The position numbers and the translations under genes were made by a program. A model generated the notes under the pieces. It saw nothing but the letters and a program-made list of their open reading frames with translations, had not been told where the DNA came from and did not search any database. DNA of 64,000 bases, taken from NCBI GenBank assembly GCA_963782055.1, contig CAWAIF010000003.1:992001-1056000 (forward strand), given 5' to 3'. The stretch comes from an uncultured delta proteobacterium. Its GTDB lineage: Bacteria; Myxococcota_A; Polyangia; Polyangiales; Polyangiaceae. Shown here in pieces: positions 1 to 9,572 of the stretch (the stretch's first letter is position 1; the number at the start of each line of letters is the position of its first letter).

Positions 1-35
1 AGGAGCAGCCCCATCAGCAGGAGCAGCGAGCTCAC
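1..35 (-). CDS. 5' end of a probable membrane protein (runs off the window)
   Basis: GTG 4 nt after the MscS stop, reading VSSLLLLMGLL (hydrophobic); only 11 codons are visible. Confidence 0.35.
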   Translation of the reverse strand, partial: MSSLLLLMGLL

Positions 36-39
36 GGGC

Positions 40-1659
40 TCAAGCGCCCCTCGCGCGGCCGAGCGCGATGCCCGCGTCGGCGAGCGCCTGCGCCACCGCG
101 ACCGCGGGGTCCGGATCGTCGAGGTCCCGCTTGGCGACCACCTCGTAGCGCGCGCCGTCGGCGTCGATGCCGAGCAGTCGCACGCGCGGCGCGCCGTGCC
201 GGGTGGCGCCCGCCGCGAGCAGCACCTCGCGCACCTCGGGCTGCGATGCCTTCGGGTCGACGACGACGTCCACCACCGCGAGCGGGTAGGGGCCGAGCAC
301 GCGCACCGGTCGCACGAGCGTCGCGAGGTGCGGGACGCGCAGCTCGGTGCCCTCGCCGTCGTGGATGCGGATGTCCAGAAGGGTGAGCGTGGCGACGCGC
401 CCCTGGCGCCCGTCGTAGGAGACGAAGTCCCCCACGCGCAGGCGCCGCCAGAAGACGCTCACGAAGCCGACCGCCGCAGACGCGAGCAAGGGCACAGTCG
501 CCAGCCCGAGCGCGCCCATCATCACGAACGCCGCGCGCCCCGCCGTCCCCTGCTCGGACCCGGTCACCAGCGGCGCGCCGACGACCAGCGCGGCCACCAC
601 GATGCCCAGCCGAACGACCGCGCTCGTCGGCCCCGCGAAGTCCTGCGGCAGCCACACGAACTGCGTCTCGCCGCTCTCGACGCTCTGGAAGAAGAGGCGC
701 ACGAACCGCAGGAGGAGCGCGAGCGCGAGGGTGGCGATGACGCCCACCACGATGAGCGGCAGCGACACCGCGAGGCGGCCCGCCAGCGCGCCGAAGGGCA
801 CGAGCACCAGCCCGGTGACGCGCTTTCCCACGTCGCGCGTGCTCTCGAACAAGGAGAGCACGAAGACGAGCCACACGTAGAGCAGCGCGAGCTGCATCGC
901 GCGCTCGAGGGCGGAGACGCCGAGGCGTATCGCGCCCTGGAAGGCGGCCGGACGCAGGACCTCGATGGCGCCGGCGCGCAGGCCCGGCAGGCGCTTGGCG
1001 TTCTTCTGGATCCAGACGCGCAGCTTCCGCGAGATGTCGCTCAGCCGTCGGATGGCGAGGAAGGCGAGCAGGCCGGTGAAGACCACGAGCGACCACGCGA
1101 AGACGGTGTGCGCGACGTCGCGGCGCGTGCGCTCCGCGTGGACCGCGTCGCGCACCGCCTGGGCGACGGCCGCGCCGTGCACCTGCAGCGATGCATCGCC
1201 CGCCGCGCGCGCGTCCTCGGGGCCGAGCTGGACGACGGGCGCCTTGCCCAGCATCACCACGGCGACGTCCGGCCGCGTCCGCTCGACGGTGACGTCGGCG
1301 TCGGGATCGCTCTCGAAGGCGTGCTCGAGGGCCTGCTGCGCTCGCCGCGCGCGCTCCTCCGCCGGCACGCCGAGGCGCCCCACGCGCAGGACGAAGACCT
1401 CGTGGTCGTGGAGGTGGACCGGGAAGCTCTCTGCCGGCGCCGGCGCTTGCGGTTCGGCGCTCGTGACGGCTGTCGCGGCGGGTACGACGGCCGCCGAGGC
1501 GCCTGCGCCCGCGTCGACGGCGACGGCGACCGCCCCCGCCTCGGGTGCGGCCCACGCGAGCGCCGCGAGCAGCGTCACCACGAGCAGCGCGAGCCCCGCG
1601 ACCGCCCAGGGTCCACGAGCTCGAGCGAGACGAGTCCGTGAGAGACGGGTCACGTGCAT
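40..1659 (-). CDS. MscS-family mechanosensitive channel with N-terminal periplasmic extension
   Basis: Several TM segments followed by the MscS beta-domain motif RLRVGDFVSYDGRQGRV...IRIHDGEGTELRVPH; ATG at 1659 preceded by GGAGG and TACATT. Confidence 0.8.
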   Translation of the reverse strand: MHVTRLSRTRLARARGPWAVAGLALLVVTLLAALAWAAPEAGAVAVAVDAGAGASAAVVPAATAVTSAEPQAPAPAESFPVHLHDHEVFVLRVGRLGVPAEERARRAQQALEHAFESDPDADVTVERTRPDVAVVMLGKAPVVQLGPEDARAAGDASLQVHGAAVAQAVRDAVHAERTRRDVAHTVFAWSLVVFTGLLAFLAIRRLSDISRKLRVWIQKNAKRLPGLRAGAIEVLRPAAFQGAIRLGVSALERAMQLALLYVWLVFVLSLFESTRDVGKRVTGLVLVPFGALAGRLAVSLPLIVVGVIATLALALLLRFVRLFFQSVESGETQFVWLPQDFAGPTSAVVRLGIVVAALVVGAPLVTGSEQGTAGRAAFVMMGALGLATVPLLASAAVGFVSVFWRRLRVGDFVSYDGRQGRVATLTLLDIRIHDGEGTELRVPHLATLVRPVRVLGPYPLAVVDVVVDPKASQPEVREVLLAAGATRHGAPRVRLLGIDADGARYEVVAKRDLDDPDPAVAVAQALADAGIALGRARGA

Positions 1660-1708
1660 TCCTCCGGAATGTACACGAACGGCATCACGCGCCACCGCCG
1701 ACCGGACG

Positions 1709-3268
1709 TCAGCCCGGCGTCCCCTTCCCCCGACGCTTGCGGAGCAGCTCGGCCACCATGCGCAGGTCCTCCCGCCCAATCTCCCGCAGCAGGGCGAGCA
1801 GCAGCAGGAACACACCCATCAGGCCCACGGCCTCCACCGGAGCGAGCAGGCGCCCGACGGCGGGGAGGCGCAGCCCGATGGAGACCGTCCCGGCGAGCGC
1901 GATGAGGACGCGCACCGCCGTGCCGAGGCCCACGAAGGCGCCGGTCGCGCGCCGCACGAGCCACGCGGAGAGCAGCAGCGCAGCGCCGAGCGCGAGGGAG
2001 ACGGCCCACGCGGTGGCGTGGAGCTGCGCGGCGCCGAACGGCGCGTGGCGCGCGGCGAGGGTGCACGCGGAGGCGGCCATCACCGCGGCACCCGCGGTGA
2101 GCCACGCGCTCGTGCGCTCCTTGCCGATGCTGGACAGGATGGTGCAGGCGATGCCGAGCATGGCGAAGCCGCCCTGGCCGATCGCCAGCACCCGCAGGGT
2201 GGAGGCGCCACGCGCCGCGACCGTCGCGCCGTAGGCGAAGCGCAGGGAGGTCTCCGGCATGGCCGCGACGACGGCGACCATGGCGCCGGTGGCGATCGCC
2301 CCCAGGCGGGCGCCGCGCGCGACGTACGTGCGTACCGCCTCCCGATCGCCGTTGGCCGTGGCGTGAGCGAGCATGGGGAAGAGGACCTGCGTCAGGCTGA
2401 AGAGGAGCTGGTAGGGCAGGAAGGCGAAGAGCTGGCAGGCGCGGTAGACCGCCACCCACTCGTCCGCCGCGTGGGCGGCGGCCTCGCCGGTGAGCCCGGA
2501 GGCGAAGGCGCTCTTGGAGAGGAAGCGCCCCAGCAGGGTGATGTCCTGCTGCATGAGCGCGTTGGTGAAGAACTGCGCGAGCGCGAGCGGAAGCAGGATG
2601 CGCAGGTACTCGCGATTGGAGAGCAGCCCCGTCCGGTCCCCCCGCTTGCCCCAGCCCGTCATGCCGAGCGCGACCACGAGCACGAGCGCGGCGGCGACGA
2701 CGAAGCCGACGGAGGCGCCGAGGGTGCCCGCGCCGGAGTGGTGGAAGAAGAGCCAGCCGAAGCCCAGCACCGCCGCGGTGCGGAGGGTGGCGGAGAGCAC
2801 GTCGAGGGACGCCTGCTTGCCGAACCACCCGCGCCCGTTGAGCGCGCCGATGAGCGGCGCGTAGACGCCGTAGAGGAAGAGCACGCCGCTCATCACGAGC
2901 AGCGGCAGGCGTATGTACGGCGCGTCCTCGAACCAGGCGATGGCCCCGGACAGGGCCGCCATGACGATCCCCACCCCCGCCGCGATGGGCGTGTGCACGC
3001 GGAGGGCGGCGCGCTGCGCGACGTCGGCGCGGTCCTTCGCCTGCGCGACCGAGCGGCTCACGCCCTGCGTGGAGGCGGACACCACCACGTTCTTGACCAC
3101 GTTGGTCGCCGCGAGCACGCGGGAGAGCGCGCCGTAGCCGGCCAGGCCGATCACCCTGGGGAGCAGCGCCTGCTGCACCAGGCCGGTGAGGATGAAGAAG
3201 ACCTTGGCGCCAAGGACGAAAACGCCGCCGCGTCCGGCGCGCTTCGCGATGCCCTCGTCCTCGCTCAC
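1709..3268 (-). CDS. MOP-superfamily oligosaccharide/lipid II flippase (Wzx/MurJ/SpoVB-like)
   Basis: About 12-14 hydrophobic segments; N-terminal GGVFVLGAKVFFILTG..LPRVIGLAGYG and central AVYRACQLFAFLPYQLL..VLFPMLA pattern; GTG start inferred. Confidence 0.7.
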   Translation of the reverse strand: MSEDEGIAKRAGRGGVFVLGAKVFFILTGLVQQALLPRVIGLAGYGALSRVLAATNVVKNVVVSASTQGVSRSVAQAKDRADVAQRAALRVHTPIAAGVGIVMAALSGAIAWFEDAPYIRLPLLVMSGVLFLYGVYAPLIGALNGRGWFGKQASLDVLSATLRTAAVLGFGWLFFHHSGAGTLGASVGFVVAAALVLVVALGMTGWGKRGDRTGLLSNREYLRILLPLALAQFFTNALMQQDITLLGRFLSKSAFASGLTGEAAAHAADEWVAVYRACQLFAFLPYQLLFSLTQVLFPMLAHATANGDREAVRTYVARGARLGAIATGAMVAVVAAMPETSLRFAYGATVAARGASTLRVLAIGQGGFAMLGIACTILSSIGKERTSAWLTAGAAVMAASACTLAARHAPFGAAQLHATAWAVSLALGAALLLSAWLVRRATGAFVGLGTAVRVLIALAGTVSIGLRLPAVGRLLAPVEAVGLMGVFLLLLALLREIGREDLRMVAELLRKRRGKGTPG

Positions 3269-3327
3269 CAAGCGAAGCCGTAGCAGGGAAGTGCGGGGCG
3301 CCGGAAGCGCAATCGGCTGCGGCTGAC

Positions 3328-4452
3328 TCAGTGCGTGGCGAAGGCGACGGGCGGGAGCGGAAGGAAGAGGTCGGGGCCCTTGCCGAGCAGGCAGCTGTCC
3401 CCGCGGTAGAAGGTGTGCACCGCGTACCCCGCGTCCACCTTGCGCCTGTCCCCGACCAGCAGCCGGTCGTCCACCCACACGAGCCCCGTCAGGTCGAAGC
3501 CCGGCGTGGGGCCGTACGACGGGCTGGAGAAGGTCTGCGTGGTCTGTCCGCTGTTCGCGTCGAAGGTGACCAGCACCGTGCGGTTCAGGTTGGGCGTCGC
3601 GTCGGCGAGAATGGCCGCGCCGCAGCCGCCGTTGCCGATGGCGACCTGGACGACGCTGCCGCCGAGCTGCGACTCGCGGAGCAGCAGCGAGCCCGTCCTC
3701 GTGGCGGGGGAGAAGCGCTCCACGCCCGCGTCGCTCTCGTGGTCGGCGTCGAAGCTGCCTGGCTCGGCGAGGTAGAAGTTGCCGCCCTGCTCTGTCATCA
3801 GCCCGAACGGGTTGCGGCCGGCGAGGGTGACGGTGCCCTCCACCTTGCGCGTGGCCAGGTCCACGACCGCCATGAGCGACGGCTGCGTGGACCTGGCTCC
3901 GCGCAGCATCCCCAGCGCGAAGAAGGCCTTGGGGGCACCCTGCGAGGTGGCGATGCGCACCGAGCTGGCGTCGGGGTTGCCGTCGGCGTCGAGGAAGCTC
4001 AGGTCCACCGTCGCCAGGGGCGCCCCGCCCGGCCCGAGCACCAGCTGGCTCGCGGTCAAGAAGCGCGCGATCCACAGCGACCCGTCGGGGGCGACCGCCA
4101 CGTCCTGCGGGTCGATGTTGCCCGGCTGCTCGCCCGCCTGCAGCGCCGAGAAGCTGTGGGTCCCCTTACCGCACGGGCTGAGCCCGACCTCGAAGATGGC
4201 CGCCGTCGTCCGGTTGAGGAAGAACTGGCGCCCCCCGGAGACCGCGAACGCCGGGTCGCCGCCGAGCGCCACGCTGCTCCCCAGCACCGCCGGCGGGCCG
4301 TCGAGGGGCAGGTAGCCGACCTCGCTGGTCTGGTCGTAGTCGCTGACGACGACGAGGACCGAATCCGCGGGACAGTCGTTGGCCGTCGCCCCGAGGCCTC
4401 CCGACCCGCAGCCGAGCAAGGTCAGGCAAGTGAAGAGCGCGCCCCGCCGCAT
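3328..4452 (-). CDS. Lipoprotein, probable YncE-like beta-propeller
   Basis: Lipobox TLLGC; blade-like motifs PQDVAVAPDGSLWIA and MAVVDLATRKVEGTVTLAGRNP. Confidence 0.6.
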   Translation of the reverse strand: MRRGALFTCLTLLGCGSGGLGATANDCPADSVLVVVSDYDQTSEVGYLPLDGPPAVLGSSVALGGDPAFAVSGGRQFFLNRTTAAIFEVGLSPCGKGTHSFSALQAGEQPGNIDPQDVAVAPDGSLWIARFLTASQLVLGPGGAPLATVDLSFLDADGNPDASSVRIATSQGAPKAFFALGMLRGARSTQPSLMAVVDLATRKVEGTVTLAGRNPFGLMTEQGGNFYLAEPGSFDADHESDAGVERFSPATRTGSLLLRESQLGGSVVQVAIGNGGCGAAILADATPNLNRTVLVTFDANSGQTTQTFSSPSYGPTPGFDLTGLVWVDDRLLVGDRRKVDAGYAVHTFYRGDSCLLGKGPDLFLPLPPVAFATH

Positions 4453-4495
4453 CGGCGCCGAACCTAGCACGCTCCCGCCTGCGTGCAGCGGCCGG

Positions 4496-5017
4496 TCACT
4501 CCAGGTGCTGCGGGTCGAGCACCTGGCCGTTCGGCTTCAGTCCGGCCGCTCGCCACCGCGCCGCCTCGTCCGGCAGCTGCGGCGCCTGCACCGGCGTCAC
4601 GTCGTGGATCTCCAGCTCCGAGCCGTTCCCCCCGGACGCGGCGCGCACGTAGATGGTGATCTCCTTGTCCGGCTGGGCCGGCACCTTGACCCGGTCGAAG
4701 ACCGTCTGGGTGGCCCCGGCGGTGACCTTGCCCTCCCGCACCCGCGCCCGCACGTAGTTGGCGAGCGCGTCGGGGGTGGCCGGGTCGCTGGCGTAGACGA
4801 CGTCCACGAAGCGGTGCTTGACGTTGATGTTGCGCGGCAGCGGCAGGCCGAACGCCCGCTCCTTGCCCTCGAGCAGCTCACCCGGCGCGAGGTGGTCCAC
4901 CGGCACGGCCGAGGCGCTGGCGACGGCCTGCCCCGTCTGCTGCACCGGCGCTGCCTTGTGGCAGGCGGCGAGCGAGCAGCCCAGAAGCAGGAGGGCGGTC
5001 GTTCCCCGTCCGATCAC
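4496..5017 (-). CDS. Hypothetical lipoprotein translationally coupled to pilY1
   Basis: Lipobox SLAAC; GTG start overlaps the pilY1 TGA (GTGA). Confidence 0.7.
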   Translation of the reverse strand: MIGRGTTALLLLGCSLAACHKAAPVQQTGQAVASASAVPVDHLAPGELLEGKERAFGLPLPRNINVKHRFVDVVYASDPATPDALANYVRARVREGKVTAGATQTVFDRVKVPAQPDKEITIYVRAASGGNGSELEIHDVTPVQAPQLPDEAARWRAAGLKPNGQVLDPQHLE

Positions 5018-8000
5018 TCGACCACCGCCGCCCAGGAATCCACGACCGAGACGGTACGCGGAGCGGGCAGCGAAACGGAGAACGTCGCGTTGCTCGCGCC
5101 GTTGTTGCCAGCGTTCTTTCCGCCGACCTGCGCCACGAGCGAATAGTTACCCGGCGTGACGTAATTGGCCAGCGTGTGCACACCGCCGGTGTAGGCGTCG
5201 GTCCCCGTGGCCGAGGTGTCGGCGCACGCCGGCGTGACGTTGATGGAGACGCCGGGGATGACCTTGCCGGCGAGCGACGTGTCGTAGGTGGCCGGCACGA
5301 TGTAGTCCGGCGGCTGAGGCGGCGGGTTCTGCGGCGGCTGCAGCCGCGGCACGCCGCCCTGCGACAGGTCCTGCGAGTCCTTGGGCAGCTCGTAGTCGCG
5401 GCCCCACATCTTGGCGGTGCCGCCCTGGCACACGCCCGCGTTGGAGGCGGCGGCGTAGGTGGTGAAGTAGAAGGTGCTGTCGAAGATGGTCATCGGCCCG
5501 GAGACGCGCTCGCCGTCGGTGAAGGGCAGGTACCAGTTCACCTTCGAGCGCAGGATGTTCGACTGCGTGTCGGCCGTCTCCGTCGTGGAGTAGACGAAGT
5601 TGGTTCCGGTCGGGGTGTAGGTCTCCTGGTCGCCCGTGGCGAAGGTGACGACCACCGAGCCGATGCGGTCCACCGCCACCACCGGGGCGACCTGGATGGG
5701 CTGCCCGTCGTTCCAGGAGGTCGCGCTCTTGTCGACGTCCTGGTTGTAGGCGTCGATGTACAGGCCGCCCGTCCACTTCTGCGGGTCGGTGTCGGTCAGG
5801 TCGAACTTCCAGATGGTGCCGTCGGCGTCACCGATGAACACCTTCTGCGCCACCGAGCCGGTGGTCGCGGGGTAGACGACCGGGACGCCCGTCATCGGGG
5901 AGTCGAGCGGCGTCTCGACGAGGCCGACGCGCTGCGCGTCGATGAGGGCCTGCGGCAGGTCCGCCTTGCGGCCGAAGACCCGCAGCACCTCGCCGGTGTC
6001 CAGCCGGACAATCGTGAGGGAGCGGCCGGGCACCGGGTCGGTCCCTGCCGACCAGCACCGGACCTTGTCGCGGCGGGCGAAGGTGTTGGTGGGGGCGAAG
6101 TCGTTGCCCGGCGCACCGTAGCGCGCGCAGGGGCCTCCCACCGCGGCGCCGTCGGACCCGCCCGGCAGGATCGCCACGCCCACCTCGTGCGGGCCGTTGC
6201 CGTCCAGGTCGGCGTAGACCGTGGTGATCGCCGGCGTCGCGCCGTGCTGGCCGAAGAGCTGCCGGTCCGCCTTGCCCTGGTAGTCCGGCATGTCGGTGAG
6301 CTGCCAGAGGAACTGCGGACCCTTGGTGAGGTCGGAGTTGGGGGCGGGATCCGTCACGTCCATCGCGTAGTAGCCGCGGTTGCCGGTGCCGAACCCGGCG
6401 ACCAGCGCGGTGTGCCAGTTGGTCGCCGCGAGCAGGCTCCCCGCGCCCTTGTCACGGTCGAACACCACGTCCTGGACGACGGGCGCGCCGTCGAGCAAGA
6501 GCTGGTGCGAGGACGGGTAGCTCGAGAGGAGCTTGGGCAGCACCGCCGGGGGCATGAACGCCCAGAGCTCGCCCTGCTCGCGCGTGGTCTTGTCCACGTC
6601 GGCGTCGAACGCGTGCAGCAGGCCGTCGTTGGTGGCCACGTAGAGCACCGTCTTGCGCGTGGCGTGGAGCGAGGCGAACGTGCGGTACGACTCGTCGCTC
6701 AGGTCCGCGCCCGGCGGGCCGACGACGGCGGGCGTCGAGTGGAAGACGTCGCCCATGGCCGAGCCCGCGCGCGACTGGAACGGCTGGAAGGTGAAGTCGG
6801 GCATGGCGTCGGTGGAGGGCTCCGCCATCGTGAAGTTGAGCGCGAGGTGCGCGCAGGAGGTCGTCGACAGCCACTCGGTGTTGGTGGTGTTCGGGCAGCT
6901 CGTCGCGCCGATCTTGAGCGAGAGCGGCGTCAGCGAGGAGAGGATCTGCCCCGCCGTCGAGCCCACCAGCGCGCCGCTGTAGGTGCCCAGCTTGTCGTCG
7001 CGGTGCACGCCGGGGAGGCTCGCGTTGGTGACGTTCGGCCGCATGGTCCCGCCGGAGTTGACGACGCCCGAGACGTTGTCGCCCAGCACCGAGCGGAAGG
7101 AGCGGTTCGCCTCCGAGCCGGGCAGGTTCAGGTTGACGCCGAAGTCGTCGCCCTCGTTCGGGTCCACCACCGGCGGCGGCACCGTGTAGGTGTTGTTGTT
7201 GAACGTGCACTGGAAGCGCTGCCGCTGCACCGTGCCCACCCACGGGCGCCCGGGGATGGGCGCGAAGGACGAGAGGAACATCGCCGCGTTCGTGACCTTG
7301 GCGTTCGGGTTCACCGAGGGGTTGGCCACCACAGGCGAGTACGCCGGCACCGTGCGCGTCGTCACGTTCTGCGCGATGTTGGCGACGATCGCGCCGAGCG
7401 CCTTGTTCAGGTCGCCCGCGGTGTCGGCGAAGTACGCCGAGCCCGTGCCTCCGGCGATGGCCATCTTCTGCAGCTCGCAGCACGGGCCGTAGAGCGCCTG
7501 CACGTTCGGGTCCGGGTTGCTGCACGTCGCCGAGAGCACGTTGTTCTGCACCAGGTCGGCGCACTTGACGATGGTGTTGCCGTCCTTGATCTGGCTCACC
7601 GCGAAGCCGATGACGAACGTCTTGACCTTGTGCTTGTTGGCGCCGCCCTGCGCGAGCTCGGCGATGGTGTCCTCCGGCAGCTGGTACGGGCAGACGCCGG
7701 GCTGGTTGGGGTCCTGCGGCGTGTACGCGCAGGCCGGGCGCAGGTCCATGTTGGGCGCGCCGTCGGTGATGTGAATGATGTACTCGTCGCGGCAGTCGCC
7801 CTGGACGTACGGGTCCGTCTGCTGCGGGCCCTTCGGGTCTTGCCAGAAGTAGTACTTCGCGTCGGCGAAGAGGCCGGCGGTGGGCGTCGCGCCGTAGGGG
7901 CGCATCGCGTTGACGGCGAGCTGGATCTGGTCGTTCGTCGTCTCCACCTGCGCGAGCGTGCCGTTGGGGTCGGGCAGCATGACCAGGCGCCCCTCCCAGG

Positions 8001-8868
8001 GCGGGGCCGCCGGGTTGCGGGCCCCCACCTCGAACGGCGAGTACGCCGAGCAGTCCGCGGGCTTGCCCTGGTTGCCGGCTCCGCCGCCGTTCCACCCGTC
8101 GAAGTAGCTCCAGCCTCCGCTGAACGGCGTGGTCGGCGTGTTGGCGATCTGCAGCCCGGTGAAGCTCGCGCCGGTGCCGGCGGCCGAGTCGGTGTCGTAC
8201 GTCATCAGCCCGAAGCGGATCATGTCGCGGGCCGAGTCCAGGATGCCGTTGGAGTACTGGCCGAAGGTGCATGTCCCGGCCGCGCCGGAGGCGAGGCGCG
8301 TGGTGATGGAGCCAGCGGGGAAGTCGGTCGCGTTGCCGCCCGCGCTCTTGGGGGGCGTACCCACGCCCTGCCCGCCGGGCACGCCCGGGAGCGCGCCCGG
8401 CGCGACGAGGCACGCCGTCGCCGCGCTGCTGCCCGTCGCGGGACGGTGGTACTTGAGGAAGTAGTTCACGTCGTACGGCGAGATGCCGTTGATCTTGTAC
8501 TCGCTGTCGAACTCGCTCCCGCTCGCGCGCGACATCCCGTAGCAGCTGTAATAGGGCGCCATGTCGCCGGTGAGCGACTGCATGGCGATGCCCCACCGGT
8601 TGGGCAGCGTCGAGACGCCGGGCGAGCAGGTGGCGCCCTCCGACTCCGGGTCGTTGCCGTCGAGCATCTTCTCCATCGACCCCGAGGTGTCGAGCAGGAT
8701 GACGGCGTTGGGGAGCGGCGGGTTGACGTCGACCTGCTGCGCGCGCGCCGTGTGGCCGGCGGAGAGGGCGCAGGCCCCGCCGAGGAGTCCGAGCAGCGTG
8801 CCGCGAAGGGCGTGCCGGCGCCGCCGCGTCGCGGGTGCTGCTTGCAGGAAGGACGTACGGTTTCGCAT
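5014..8868 (-). CDS. pilY1: PilY1/PilC-like type IV pilus tip adhesin (vWA domain plus beta-propeller)
   Basis: Signal peptide; MIDAS motif LLDTSGSM, GATPT, ITDGAPN; PilY1 motifs LYVATNDGLLHAF, ELWAFMP, YYAMDVTDP, IGDADGTIWKFD; AGGAG RBS before ATG 8868; downstream of minor pilins. Confidence 0.88.
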   Translation of the reverse strand: MRNRTSFLQAAPATRRRRHALRGTLLGLLGGACALSAGHTARAQQVDVNPPLPNAVILLDTSGSMEKMLDGNDPESEGATCSPGVSTLPNRWGIAMQSLTGDMAPYYSCYGMSRASGSEFDSEYKINGISPYDVNYFLKYHRPATGSSAATACLVAPGALPGVPGGQGVGTPPKSAGGNATDFPAGSITTRLASGAAGTCTFGQYSNGILDSARDMIRFGLMTYDTDSAAGTGASFTGLQIANTPTTPFSGGWSYFDGWNGGGAGNQGKPADCSAYSPFEVGARNPAAPPWEGRLVMLPDPNGTLAQVETTNDQIQLAVNAMRPYGATPTAGLFADAKYYFWQDPKGPQQTDPYVQGDCRDEYIIHITDGAPNMDLRPACAYTPQDPNQPGVCPYQLPEDTIAELAQGGANKHKVKTFVIGFAVSQIKDGNTIVKCADLVQNNVLSATCSNPDPNVQALYGPCCELQKMAIAGGTGSAYFADTAGDLNKALGAIVANIAQNVTTRTVPAYSPVVANPSVNPNAKVTNAAMFLSSFAPIPGRPWVGTVQRQRFQCTFNNNTYTVPPPVVDPNEGDDFGVNLNLPGSEANRSFRSVLGDNVSGVVNSGGTMRPNVTNASLPGVHRDDKLGTYSGALVGSTAGQILSSLTPLSLKIGATSCPNTTNTEWLSTTSCAHLALNFTMAEPSTDAMPDFTFQPFQSRAGSAMGDVFHSTPAVVGPPGADLSDESYRTFASLHATRKTVLYVATNDGLLHAFDADVDKTTREQGELWAFMPPAVLPKLLSSYPSSHQLLLDGAPVVQDVVFDRDKGAGSLLAATNWHTALVAGFGTGNRGYYAMDVTDPAPNSDLTKGPQFLWQLTDMPDYQGKADRQLFGQHGATPAITTVYADLDGNGPHEVGVAILPGGSDGAAVGGPCARYGAPGNDFAPTNTFARRDKVRCWSAGTDPVPGRSLTIVRLDTGEVLRVFGRKADLPQALIDAQRVGLVETPLDSPMTGVPVVYPATTGSVAQKVFIGDADGTIWKFDLTDTDPQKWTGGLYIDAYNQDVDKSATSWNDGQPIQVAPVVAVDRIGSVVVTFATGDQETYTPTGTNFVYSTTETADTQSNILRSKVNWYLPFTDGERVSGPMTIFDSTFYFTTYAAASNAGVCQGGTAKMWGRDYELPKDSQDLSQGGVPRLQPPQNPPPQPPDYIVPATYDTSLAGKVIPGVSINVTPACADTSATGTDAYTGGVHTLANYVTPGNYSLVAQVGGKNAGNNGASNATFSVSLPAPRTVSVVDSWAAVVE

Positions 8869-8879
8869 GGCGGTGCTCC

Positions 8880-9572
8880 TCAGTTGCATCCTTCACGCAT
8901 CGGGCCGGCGGTGATCCGGGAGCGGCTCAGCTCTATCCCCTCCGAGCCGTAGAGGGCGGAGGGCGTCAGCGTCACGCCCTGCTGCTGCAACAGAACGGTG
9001 TCCGGCGCGGTGATGCCCACGGCGGTCACGGTGAACTGCTGGAAGCAGACGCCCAGGCGCGTGTCGATGCCGAACATGGAGCCCGCGGGCTCCGGGTCCG
9101 TCAGCTCCACGTAGAAGTCGCCCCGGAGCGGGTACGGCCCCAGGCTGCCTGCGGTGTTGTTCTGGAAGGACTCCACCGCCGGGAGGGAGGTGCCCCACGC
9201 CGCGGAGAGCTCCTGCGCCCCCATCCGGCGGCAGGCCTTGGACAGGTCCGACGCCGACACGTTCACGCTCGCCAGCGAGAGGCAGCCGGTGTCGCGCTGC
9301 GTGGGGTTCTTCATCATGCCGAGGTAGAGCTGGCCCGTCGTTCCGGCCATGGCCTGCGTACCCGCGAGCGCGCCGTACTCGCTGAGGTAGTGCGACTGCG
9401 CGGCCTGGCGGCCGTAGCCGCTCGTCTTCACCTCCACCGAGGCGGACTGCAGCGCGTACAGGCCGAGCGAGGCGAGCACGGCGAGCGTCATCGCCACGAT
9501 GAAGATGATGGCGCCCTGCTGCGTGGCACGCAGGCGGGCGCGGCGCTTGACGGCGGAGAGGGAGGTCGACAT
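8880..9572 (-). CDS. pilX: PilX-like minor pilin
   Basis: Class III signal QQG|AIIFIVAMTL lacking Glu5, as is typical of PilX; TGATG overlap with pilW. Confidence 0.75.
   Translation of the reverse strand: MSTSLSAVKRRARLRATQQGAIIFIVAMTLAVLASLGLYALQSASVEVKTSGYGRQAAQSHYLSEYGALAGTQAMAGTTGQLYLGMMKNPTQRDTGCLSLASVNVSASDLSKACRRMGAQELSAAWGTSLPAVESFQNNTAGSLGPYPLRGDFYVELTDPEPAGSMFGIDTRLGVCFQQFTVTAVGITAPDTVLLQQQGVTLTPSALYGSEGIELSRSRITAGPMREGCN

Noticed and set aside
5176..8952. Very long antisense or alternate-frame ORFs (also 19707-25118 -, 24832-28686 +, 52502-56383 -, 56115-59009 -)
   Set aside because: These shadow motif-bearing genes. They are Arg/Gly/Ala-rich translations without motifs, as expected from stop-codon scarcity at high GC.
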